A stretch of 62,513 nucleotides of DNA, the filler included, from Sphacelaria rigidula (Eukaryota): the NCBI GenBank assembly GCA_964200075.2. It is 5 parts of 5 records of this genome, joined end to end, with 100 filler letters (N's around TTAATTAATTAA, not from the genome) between each part and the next. Parts side by side here need not be neighbours in the genome. Positions count along the whole stretch, not along the records: positions 50,093 to 62,513 come from CAXNAA020003794.1; 4 more parts are not named here. One strand, written 5' to 3'. Both the position numbers and the translations under genes were made by a program. This document shows positions 51,094 to 62,513 of this stretch, piece after piece (the first letter of the stretch is position 1; the number at the start of each line of letters is the position of its first letter). The notes under the pieces were generated by a model. It was not told where the DNA came from and did not search any database. It worked only from the letters and a program-made list of their open reading frames with translations.

Positions 51094-54000
51094 GGTTATG
51101 TGGTTGCACGAAAAAAGAGGCTCATAGGTGTGTCAGATGACCTGCCACACTCGCGGTGCGCTTGTATTTAGTTCAAAACGGTGTCAAGCAGTATGAATGA
51201 GCGTTATATATCTATAACGACCTTGTTCGAACAACTGTTGCTGCGATCAACGACGATTTACTTCGTCCAAGAAGTGGCCCGAAATACCCCTACCCCCTCC
51301 CTATCGTAAGATGACTCAGACCCTGGAAAATGGAAACTGATTTTTCGTAGGAACTAGAAAAATGGGGCTTGAAGTCAGACGAAGAAGGGCATCAATTCCC
51401 CTACTTCCGCCGGCCTCATTTTTTTTTCGACCTCAACTGATTCCCAGCCTCGGTTACCCTTCGCCCCCTAGTCGCTTTTTATTTTTTATGGTGCCCGGGG
51501 CTGTGCGGAATCGTACCCCCTGTGGCGCTCTAAATGGGCCACATTTTGTCAGGGTTGTTGCGCTGTCTACCTTCTGCCATCGAAGGTACTTTCTAGGGGA
51601 GTGGACGCGTGCCGCAGGTTGAGCGTAAGGCACCTTGTATGAACGATAACTTAAGAGGAGGTTGCGGGGCTACTCAAAGGTACTTCAGCGGGGTACTATA
51701 TCCTGCAAAGGTCGCCATGATAAGATTACCGTTTCATGCAAGGTGCCTTACACCCTACCGTCCGAAGCACACCCACTCTCCGTGAAAGTATCTTCGAAGG
51801 AACAATGCAGACAACACAAAACCCCCAACAACAGGTAGTCCATTCCAACCGCCATGGGGGGGAGATTTGGCACAACCCGATCACCGTAAAAGGTAAAGAG
51901 CGACCGGGGGGGGGAGGGATCGACGCTGGGGAAAAATCGAGGTAGAGAAGAAATGAAAAAAACGACGGCGGCGTGAGGGGGGGGGGGGAAGGTACATTTT
52001 CGCCAGATTCGAGCCCCCCCGAAAAATTTATTTCCATGAAAAAATTTCGTTCGTGTTCTCCGGGATAGCCTGTTGGATCTAGTATCGGTCCGTCGCGAAA
52101 GAAATCTCCTACAGGCCCCTGCCGCATGACTCTAAAGATAGGGATGCCGTACAAAACCAAACCTGAACAAACATCAAATGACAGGAGCAAAAGACAGGAA
52201 CAAGGACAGGAGGGGGGGAAATCAAGGACAGTAAAAAGAAGGAAGGAAGAGAGGAACAAGGAAAGGAAAGAACAATGAATGAAGATGTATGTTGTGTATA
52301 TAACTGTTTCGTGATCCGCGACCAGTAGTGCATTGGGGGAGTCTGTCCCAAATTACTGTTGAACTACCTCCATGTCATCGGAAGCCAGTCCTGGCATACG
52401 GCTACAAAACTATCCGTTCAGGCTCTCTGCTACATTGAAATATTTGCGGGTTAACCCACTTCTCCCCTATATGATGGCATCCATAATTTGACTGATCAGC
52501 GTGACAACAAGCAAGAGAAGGACCTGCGGATGGTTTTCGACATGCTGGATACAAAACACACAGGTGCATACTCCACTTACTTGCACTACACGCGACATAA
52601 TACTCTCCCTTTTGCATGCAAGTATATATTTGTGTCCTGACATTGACGTTGCTCCGTGCGTGCATGAGTTCATCACCTGCCTCCCCCGTTGGAATTGCGA
52701 GTCGCTTCCGTACCTACCAGTAAATTGCAGGTAGTACACGTAGAAACTCGATGCACGGGCCAGCGTTTGTCAAGATGGCCGCTCTTCAACTGTTCGTTGA
52801 AATTGACGTGACGTATGTATTGAGGTGATGGTGTATGTATTGTCGTGATTCCTCTGTCGGTTTGGTTCTGTAAACGGTGTATTCTCCAGAGGTGAAAACA
52901 TTTATCTTGGAGTACTGCCGCGACAGCCCTCTACAGATAAGTGTCTGGCTTGAGGAGGCGGAATCTATGAGTGAAATAAAATGAAAAAAGCCAAGCACAC
53001 CGGGCAGCTGGGAAGTCCCACGTTTGGGATCGTTTCCGCCAATGTCGCCCATACGAGGCGCTTTATGCAGTCTGAACCAGCTATCATCTCTATATTATTA
53101 TATGGCCACTTGCTTCGTGACAGTTCTGGGGCTAGTTCAGGGAGGGGGATTATCGCGCCATCTCTCTCTCCATGTTTTGTCGAGGCCTCACACTTGAGTT
53201 CTGGGTGCCCCTGATGTCTCTTACGCAGGACGAATAAATTTGGAAAATCTGAAGAAGACTGCGAAAGAGTTTGGAGACACAACAAGTGGTGAGTGTGGTC
53301 TTGTTTCCTTCAGCGGCCGTCCTCTGATGGCGGGTTTGGACAGAGGACAAGACGGAGAGGGAGAGAGCAACTACCACAGATCCGTGCGTGATGGTGGTGT
53401 GGTACTTCAGGGGGCGGCGCTGATACTTGTAAGACCAACACATCTCAGGCGCTAGTCCTGTGGATATCCCCGCGCAGCCCGCCAGCGGTGTATGGCAACT
53501 AAAAGCTTCGGGATGCGTGTGTCTGTATGATTGTGACTCGTAGGTGATTGAGGTGGATGCACATCTCTGGTGGCGAGCGAGAATGTTCTCGGAATCTTTG
53601 GAACATTCACCTAGTGAAGCCGGATATCTTGCGGGTTGTTCCGTCAGCTTTGGATAGTGTGCGGTACATTTATTTTGGCGTCGAACAACTACTGACTGCT
53701 GACAATAATATGGATCGTTTTTTCTTGCACGGCAGATGCGGAATTGTTGGAGATGCTTGCGACGGCCAAAGAGTTCGATCCAGAAGGCCTGGGAGAAGTA
53801 GACGAGCTCTCGAATGAGGTATACATACGAATGAGACCGTTTCGTCAACAATTATGTTTTTTTTTGTCGCATATTCAATCCCTCCCGTTCCTAGTGGTGA
53901 GTCCGCGGTCTTGAGGCATCAATTCATATCTTCCCCCGTTCACGCCTCGGACCTTGACATTGCGGATCGCGTTGACTCTCATAAAAACACAATCTACGCA

Positions 54001-54599
54001 CGTTCTCGCGTTGTCAAGGACGGGAATCAGGGACTCGCATCATAAAAATATCCAAATGCGACTGTCGCGATTCAAACTCGCGCATTCTCCCGCCCCAACT
54101 GGTTTCGCTTGTGCCATTTTAATCTAGACCGCCGGGACGTGGCAGCAAAAGTAAAAACGCATTGAACATTCAAGGACCGAGCGATAGAGGTGCACTTCGA
54201 GCGTGTTACGGGAGTACTCTGGATGTATGCTACCGTGCCGTCCATCACATATTTTTTTCGACTGCCTATCTACCTACCGACGTCATCGCGGCCGTCAGGA
54301 ACTACGGTATCACTCGTGAACGACCACGTCATTCACAAAAACAAAAGTGTTCTCCGTTGTCATCACCATGGCATTCGTGCTTTGTTCCTCTCCTCTCCTC
54401 TCAAACGTATCCGTCGCGCGTATGGTTCCACTTGGCTCGGCAAACTGCTCAGGTTTCGTTCCACGACTTTTATCATCTCATGACCAGGGGCAAGCCCACA
54501 GCAGCAGCTGCCAGCGCCACTGGCACTGGCACCGCCACCGCCAGCCCGCGAGAGTCGCCCAAACGGGCAATGACCGAAGATCCCGGGTTGGCGGGATAG
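50431..54599 (+). CDS. Divergent centrin/caltractin-like EF-hand protein (5' truncated)
   Basis: Phase-consistent exons 50431-50588, 52500-52563, 53229-53288, 53736-53818 and 54453-54599 give GKISLSELVDSMQSLGFHDKNPMMFEMVNKI...DLRMVFDMLDTKHTGRINLENLKKTAKEFGDTTSDAELLEML...VSFHDFYHLMT. The SLGF and NLKxxAKExG motifs are centrin-typical. Confidence 0.88.
51628..51748. mobile_element. Small intronic MITE flanked by TA
   Basis: TA|AGGCACCTTGTATGAAC ... GTTTCATGCAAGGTGCCT|TA. Confidence 0.65.
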
Positions 54600-54731
54600 A
54601 TGAGCAGAAACCAATTTTCTCACTCTACGTTCGTGGGACCGCATGAAGGTGCACCAGTACCTTGGTGCCCCGCGTAACCTGCCATGTGATATTTCTCATG
54701 TGCGACGTACTTTCATGTGGATCACTCATCG

Positions 54732-55130
54732 ATCACGTTTACCGTGGGGTAGAACGTGTCTCAATTTGTGCGTGTAATCGGAAACAAAACATCTATTTAG
54801 ACCCCGCGACTGCTGCTTTAGCCTGACGCTCAACCGTGGAACACCTAACTAAAACCTTGACGCTACTCCAGGACGCAACAACCGCGACGCGATGTAGAGC
54901 GGTTCAAATTCTCAACTGATAAGTTTGATATGGAACGATCACCGATCATCTTCACCGTGGGGTAGAAAGTGTCATAACTTGTGCGAGTGAACGGAAACAA
55001 CATATTTATTGAAACCCCGCGACTGCCCACTTTAATTTGACGCTCATTCGCGGAATATCTTGACCTTGACGCTACTCCGGGATGCAACGACAACGACGCC
55101 ATGAAGAACGGCTCAAACCCTCAATTGATA
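54732..55130. repeat. Diverged direct duplication (period ~212 bp) between the convergent genes
   Basis: ACCGTGGGGTAGAA...ACCCCGCGACTGC...ACCTTGACGCTACTCC is present twice. Confidence 0.75.
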
Positions 55131-56541
55131 CTCGCGGCTCTCTAACCCCGCGGCGCAGTAGTAAAAATACCTGCAGGCAAAAAATTGCGCAGACCGTATA
55201 TGGCCGCAAGAAGTACTTCGTACGTCCGACCTCTTCCTCATCCACGTACCAAGTGTCAAATGCTCCGTCGTGGAGTAGACTGCGCTACTACACCCAACGA
55301 GACCCAAACCGGGAGAAACCGATCAAAAATGTTTCTGTGGAAGGGACACAGCGTTTGGGTGACTGTCCCATGTTATGATGTGCCCTCTGATACAGTTCGT
55401 GCATTTCCTCAGCTGCAATAATATCTTGGGAGTTGACCCCCCCTCCCCTCCCCTCCTCTTCGAGCCACGCGGTGGTGCAACTTGCACACCCGAGATTTTT
55501 CAGAGCGTTTCGCACGCGGTGTCATGCGGAGCTGTATTCACCTCTCGCGCGCTACAAAAGACCCTTTTGAAACGCTCAGCACCCACCGGCCTTCGACAGC
55601 GATCAACCCGACGCCACTTACTCTCTCTTGCGCGCAGTACTTTTGATCACAGCGTGTTGATTCCGTGATCCCCTAACCCCTGAGTCACATACTGCTTAGG
55701 TGCATGTGAGGGGTCCGACGTCCAAGGATTCAAGTGATGAATTTGACCGCGTGTACGCACAAATCTATGGATCTAAATTCGCTTCTAATTATTTTCAGCA
55801 CGTCTACTGCAATTCATCCTCTAGACCGCAGGTCCGATATTTTACGCAAGGCACTACACGACGACGCATATTTTATTTTCCCTCGTAACGATCGATCCTG
55901 TTCGCATTGTCCCTGAACGGCAGATGTCAGCAACAGATTCGCGACAATGATGCTGCTTCGCGGGAAGGACATGCGTTAAGAAACCACACTCTTTCACACT
56001 CGCGAACCCTATTATTGATCCCTCCTTTTCGATGCTGAACACTTTGCGCCGGACACGGCGATCTCCATGTATGTGTGTCGTCGCTGGCTCTGTTCCAACG
56101 TCCTGACATATTTTAACCGGATTGGAGTGAGACCATTTTTATCTACTTTAAACCATTTGTGGCGAATTCTACGCCTGTCTCGAGTGCTGCCCAACTGTGA
56201 GGGATTGGCAAAGTTGCTCTTGATCAACTGCCGTGCACAGCGAAACACACACACAACGCTCCATGTACATCCAAAAATTCAAAATTCCCGAGGCAATTGT
56301 CAACAAGGCCAGAAAACACCAACACACACGACGCACAATCACACGCACGCAGGCGAGCTGGCAATAAAACAACTACAAGATGTCCCTCTGGTCGTCTTGT
56401 CTATCGACGTCAGAAATTTCATCATGCTGCTTGTATCAGTAGCAGCTCTACGACCTCTTGCCCTCACGAGCCCTGCATCGGCAGGTTCGTAGCATAGCTC
56501 AACATCTCAAATTGAAGAACGTAGTTTGAAGTCCCTGTCTT

Positions 56542-59500
56542 CTATGGATGGGCCCCTTTATTCTCGTCACCCATGAAAAAAGGAGAGGAGGGATCGCTCC
56601 CGTAGTAAACTTCCCTTGCAATGGCCTCTAGCTTCAAGACGTGGCCTCTGATGAATTCGGCGATTTCTTTATGGCACGCAACTTCTTCTTTCGACGACCG
56701 CAGCGTCCACGGTAGATCGCGCACGTCGCCAATCTTTGCCTGTTTTTGCATTAAGTACAGGTATGGGGGGGGGGGCGTACTCATTTGCTGCTTGCCTTGG
56801 TCGTTTGACAATTGGCCACGCATCCCTTCCGAGACACGTATGGGGGGGAGGGGGGGGAGGGGGGTGCAGGGAAGGCGGGAATATGACGTGAGAGAGTGAA
56901 ACAAAGAACGGTCGTGATAGGGACATGCTCGGGCACGTGCACTGCGACGTTACAAGAAGTGTGTAAAGCACGCGTGTATTGTACGTGTGCGGGCGCGTTA
57001 GGGCGGGAAGGGAAGGGTGGGAGCCAACAAAAGTAAAATCAGTTACGGCTGCTTTCCTGAGTAATCGTAGGGAGTTGAGCGTGCGAGTGGGATAAGGAAT
57101 ATATAAACCACGAACTCATCAACCTTGCGAATCGACAAAAAACGCGCACGTGGTGTTGACTGTTGGCATATTTTGCGGAGACTTTGAGCTACCCCATGCT
57201 ATAATAGGAGTGATGTCTGTTGTTACCCAGGAGTGGCTCCTTCTGACAAAAAATTGTGGGGCACAAACGCCGACCCTCACTCACCGTGAGATATCTGTAG
57301 CGCTTTGCAACTGTTGGGGCAATATTTACCTTCTAGCTCGACAATAGTAGCGCGCTAGAAACTCCGGTTACCGCCTGACGCGCTTCTCTAGCGTGTCTCA
57401 ATTTTTTCCTGCAACGTGGGATAGCTCCTCTAACAGATCATTTCATCCAAACCCAACGTTTGCAGTATGCATTCCTCCAGCACACCTTTATTAAAATGTC
57501 GAAATATCACCACTCAACGCCGTTACTAGCGACGGATGCTCACGAAGGATGTAACGTAAAATAACACGATGCAGAACACGACGAAACTATAATCAATGGG
57601 GAACGCCCCTCCAAGGTGGTACTCTCATCCGTTACTCACCCTACACTTCTCCACGATGGGACGGACATCGATCGGCTCTCCCACGTACACGAGAACCTCG
57701 CAGCCTGTTTCATCCACATGGAAGGAGCAAATGTCGCATCACGAGAGTAAACGGGCAACAGGGGTACGACAAGTGGGCCCCTGAGCTTTCACATGCGGGG
57801 GAGCTCACGGGCTGGAGGAAACTCAAACACACACATACAAATAAAAAACACGATACTTGGAGCACACCACCTTTAGGGCAAATGAACAAGAAGAGAAAAA
57901 TACAAAAACGCTCCTCCTCGGCGCTCACGCACACCAATGCATGACCATCGCGAGGGGTAGTTTAGTAGCGTGAACACGAAACATCGCCACGTGCGTGATT
58001 GAACGCGCCCATGAGATGGCGGCTGAGCCACGCAGTTTGCGTCCATTTCCACGTATTTGCGTGTGCCGACCGTTCCTGACTCCTCACCCGTGTTGGGAAG
58101 CGGTTTCACCAGCTTCCCTCTGCCGTGCTTTTGCACCGGAGCCTCGGGCGCCACTCGGTGCATGCCAATGTGGTACATCGGAAGCACCATAGGCAGTTTC
58201 TACGCGTCGCACGTTCAGGGGGCGTCGAGAAGGAATACACAATGATCACGTCAGTCGAACTCTGGGGCATGATTTTGCTATCGGACGCACTCAGCAAGTA
58301 TTGGTCCTGCGCAACAACTAGGACTACCGGAACCCGACTGATGTTTCCGAGCAGGTAGATACATCTGAACTCAAAGGACAAGCACATCGTAACCCTATAC
58401 AGGGTAGGGTGTACACACTATTCAGGGCTGAGAAGGACCCCCTGGCTGGAACAGTATCCGGCCGCTCGGGGTCATACCTCTTTAGGTCCACGCTTTGTCG
58501 CGATGAGGGAGATCATAACATACCAACCGTTCACAGTAGCAATCTAATCTCCAACTATGCATCCGAATGAGGTTAGGCAACAGGCAAACAGTATGAACTC
58601 GGGGCAGCGGGATGGCAAAGCTGCCTCCCGCGCCAAAACGCTCCCTTGCTCTGCGGGTCCGCCGCTCCGACGACAAGCCATTGCCAAAAAAAGTACCCGC
58701 ACATGACGTGTGCCGAAGATACACTTCATGGATCATAATCACAGTGAACAACTTCCGCGCTGCAATCAAGGCATTATGTTTTACCTCTGCGCGTCTTGTT
58801 TACCCCACGCGCGTGCGAGAAGAACGCCGGCGACACCCACCATCGACAACATTAACCCCGAAAGTCACCACAAGATTACTAGTCACCTTACTGCGGAGGA
58901 GAAGTCGACCAATCCCAGCCTTAAACTCGCCCAACATCGGCTCGCCCTTGCTGAACCTGTTCGTACAAACGGCGTCCAGAGGCCACGTACATGGAGGTTC
59001 GGAGAGGAATAACTCGAAACCCCGTCGACCCCCAAACCGTTTGTAGTCGATGACTCGGCATCATTGTAACTTGATAAATGGCTGTCAAAATGATGGTTCA
59101 TGTTGCGGGGTTTAACGGGTTTAATGAAGCAGATCAATGCCCAGAATCTTCGGCAGTGTGCTCGCCTGCCGCGAACGTGAAAGGGAAGAAGACGCGCGAT
59201 GGACACACTTTCCACCAGAATTCCCGTCATGAGCTACCAACTCCTCGTGGCAATATTGGCAAAAGCATAATGCTCCGGTAATTCAAGTGGTGCATCGTAA
59301 CCCTTAGACCCCGAGCACAGCTCATCTGTTGAATCGTCATCAAGTTTACTTGGGGGAAAAAAAAAAAGGATAAGCTAGATGCCCTACGCTCGCGACCGGG
59401 GGGTCGAGCCGGTTCGGGCGGGAGACCCAGGATTCGAATTCCGACAGAAACGTTTTTTTCTGAAAAATCACCCGATTCACGTTGCAGAAAATCGAAGGAC

Positions 59501-61984
59501 GTGAGCAACAAAAAAGATTACCGACAGTCGACGTCATCTAAAAGTCCTGATCCAACCCACGATCCCAGATGCAAGGCGTGTACCAGGGAGAGATGAGTGG
59601 ATCCCTTGAGGCCATGGACTCGCCCCGAGAAAAGAAAATGGAGATGAAGTTCTGGACTAGTACTTACCTCCACGGCTGGCGAATCGCTCCTTCTGCGAAA
59701 ATGTGCCCCCAATCCCCTTCCTCCAGCTTGTCAAAAAATACCTGTCGAACACCGAGGTCAGAACCCGAAACAAAACAGAAAAGAAAATATTCGGCGTCGG
59801 TAAATTATTGCACGCCGCGAGTACGACACAGCGCCCCCGAACCGCTCACATCTCGAGCACCCCTGCATGTTCCGCATGTGCAGGACGATCTGACATTCCG
59901 ACAGCTTGATCAGCCCACGAGTAAAAACGGGTGTCGTCGCAGATATTTTCTATCTTAGTTGAAATTGAAAGTACAGAGCGAACCCAATTCTAGTGAAATA
60001 TATTGTTACAGCCAGCGTGCAAGTCTTACACAAATCTACCCTGCTGATTTTCGATCTTAGTTGAAATGGAAGTACAGAGCGAACCCAATCCCAAGTGAAA
60101 GAAAGGTGCAACGGTTGGATGAATCATGATTTTTTTCTGAAGATTACTGACTTGTAGTGTGATTGATTCGTACCGTACGGATCAACCCTTGGGCATTTCT
60201 TCAGCATTACACCCCCAACAAGCACGCGTACCCCAGGCACGCGGAATAGCGAAAAAATTGGGTAGAAGAGACCTTCTCGATCCGCGGTCAACGTTCTTAT
60301 ATCTTCCCGAGCAAACAGACCTCAGGAATAGTAGATTCGGTGATTTGAACCAGCCATGATTTGCTCGACCCTTGGAAAGACGTCTTTACAGCATGCAAGT
60401 CTGATGCAAATCTACCTCACTGCATGCAGTCAATAGCGCCAGGACTTACTACACGACGGGTCTCATCTAAGGCGCTGACTGGTACGAACAAGCAACCTGG
60501 AAAAACGGCTGCTCCATGCCGCGGTTGCGCTTGATGGGCAGGGTCTTCCCCGCCGCGAGAATGCGCCTCAGGCTTGGATTCGCGTTGTAAATATCGTCCG
60601 TGCACATCGACCACCGCATCTTGTCACGTCCCGTTCTGCGCGGGCGAATCGGAGGGGTTTTGCAGCACACCGTTACAGCCATCTGGGGGTGTTGTGACGT
60701 GTGCCCATACCTCGCTGGGTGTGAAGTTTTCCGTGACTGCGGATGAAAGGAGACGCGAGCGCAAGGAACAGTAAACTCGCGCACGTGCACTGTTTGGAAG
60801 AGCTAACAAAATTTGCCCTACTTGTACAAAACCAAATGGGAAGGTACTCGTAGAAAAACATAGTATCTCGCCGACAAACTCCGGGGCATCACCCACCAAT
60901 ACGATCACCGATACTGTACTGTCTGTCACATGTGTGTCATGGGCAGCTGCGACGTTCGAATCCCCGGAGACATGATGTAAGAAATGACCGCTTCGTTCGG
61001 CGATTTCATTCTGGCGAATAGGGTTGCTTGCACAACATGCAGCTATTGCTTAGAATGAGTATTTTTTTGTACACGAAGGATTTAGAACGTCAGCAAAGCA
61101 TGGATAGGGTTGCTCGCACAACATGCAGCTATTGCTTGAATTAATACATCTTGTACACGAAGGATTTAGAACGTCAGCGAAGCTGCTTTGCCGGGGCAAG
61201 GAAGGAAACGCCTGATACGTAGCACCACCGCACCCTTGGGGGAAAGCTACAAACCCAGGCAAGTGTCGGTTCCGCTGGCAGGAAAGAAGTCTCAACAAGC
61301 CACGGCTTGGAAGTCCACCCCGCCTTTATTCACGTGAGCTGCGTGGGCCGCATCAATTACTTCTACGATAGCATTCAAGACAGTAGCCTCCGCTAGTCAC
61401 TCGCGCTGAGGATGAACGTACTGTAGCTACCGTCAGGTTTGGGTGCGCTGAAGATTTTTTTTCATCTTGCAAACCTGTTCCATTTTTGTTGTTGTAGTAG
61501 CCCCCTTGCCGAAAGGATCTACACGGATTACTGGCCCACCGCGACCTGGACGTAACTCTATCCATATCTGTCGTTCCCCGGAAGTACGCACGAGCACGCT
61601 TGTTGTGTATTCCACACGACTGCGTGGGCGGGGCTCGTAGTCGGTCGATCGCTCGTCGCTTTCATTGGGAACTCACCCCGCCAGCACTAACCGCGATCGC
61701 TGCCTGCAGCAATTCAAATCTTCTTGTGGCGCGCTTGCACGCACGTAGGTGATCGAAGGTCCTGGTGCCAGGACAGAAATACATGACAACCACCGGATAG
61801 CCATGCACTGCGATACTTTTGGGGCGTTTCATTGAACAGCGTTATTGTGCCTTCGTTTCAATGGTACACACCTCCAGATCGGGACAAGCGCCGACCACAA
61901 GCCAGGGTCGTCGTAGACGCTGTTGTGGTTGCTGACAGTGAGCAGACCTCGGTCACCCCTGTCAAAGATCGCGTCCAGCAACCC
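56542..61984 (-). CDS. TAZ: Tafazzin-like phospholipid acyltransferase/transacylase (5' truncated)
   Basis: Seven phase-consistent exons: 61984-61872, 60635-60497, 59741-59668, 58956-58887, 58199-58088, 57704-57640, 56739-56542. Motifs LLTVSNHNSVYDDPGLW (HX4D), KMRWSMCTDDI, GKTLPIKR, GDWGHIFAEG, FKAGIGRL, PMVLPMYHIGM and VYVGEPID occur in tafazzin order. Confidence 0.93.
56777..56835 (-). mobile_element. Poly-C-associated short interspersed element, copy 7 (last tafazzin intron)
   Basis: Reverse complement of the family consensus, between G-runs 56765-56775 and 56842-56865. Confidence 0.8.
59946..60100. repeat. Short intronic direct duplication (~52 bp)
   Basis: ATCTTAGTTGAAAT(T/G)GAA(A)GTACAGAGCGAACCCAAT occurs twice. 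Confidence 0.75.
61018..61184. repeat. Intronic tandem duplication (~85-bp unit x2)
   Basis: ATAGGGTTGC...CACAACATGCAGCTATTGCTT...TTGTACACGAAGGATTTAGAACGTCAGC occurs twice. Confidence 0.85.
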
Positions 61985-62513
61985 CTGGTGGTTGCGACAT
62001 GTCACCTGCTTCGACCGACAGCCCGGTGAGGACCAATACGCACACTTTGGGGACTAAGGTCGCTTTTTACAAGTATACTCCGCAGCAAGCACCCTGGAAA
62101 ACGTTCGGCAAGTGCAGGGCACTTGCCTTTTCCCGACAACTCTTTGTCGACGAACGCAGTTTCCCAAACCGTATTTTGTAAGTCTAGAAATTTTTGGCGG
62201 GTATGTACAGCAAGATGGGGGCGTCCGCGCGGGTGATGCCTACCTACTATTGTTCATTCGGTGTACAAAACACATGGTGGCCGCGGTACTTTCTGCTGTC
62301 CACAGTGCACTCCTGTGTACTCGCATGTATTGCACGGCACCCTGTCTGTGAGGTTGATTGCATGTACCGTGCATTCTGTACCGTGTATTGTGCGTGCTGT
62401 CTCTACTGTACGGTATATAGCTGTCCCTCATGCATGTACCGTATGTACAATTAACAGCAGCGTGCTTGATGGAAAATGTTCACGGTTAAGACAAATCATC
62501 ACGACTCAAAATC

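Noticed and set aside
50690..51171. Poly-Pro and poly-Gly ORFs in the centrin intron
   Set aside because: They come from poly-G runs around an N gap.

Overview
Eukaryotic genomic DNA, intron-rich and rich in transposable elements (TEs). It is most likely from a brown alga (Phaeophyceae); this is inferred from intron style, codon usage and protein and repeat types. The window is not one locus. It is five unrelated contigs (1-12424, 12525-24947, 25048-37470, 37571-49992, 50093-62513; lengths 12424/12423/12423/12422/12421) sorted by size and joined by artificial 100-nt N44-TTAATTAATTAA-N44 linkers. Five partial spliced genes could be rebuilt by hand with GT-AG junctions and consistent phases: (1) a surface protein with four 10-Cys repeats and a GPI/TM-like tail; (2) a secreted Pro/Thr/Glu mucin-like protein, plus a 30-aa repeat exon; (3) an unknown protein with a split C2-like domain; (4) a divergent centrin-like EF-hand protein; (5) a divergent tafazzin-like acyltransferase. 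The rest is mostly MITEs and foldback elements, tRNA-derived SINE copies, tandem repeats, possible transposase relics, and a short element that repeatedly sits in poly-C tracts. No rRNA, intact tRNA or CRISPR array was found. All family assignments come from motif recognition, not database searches.
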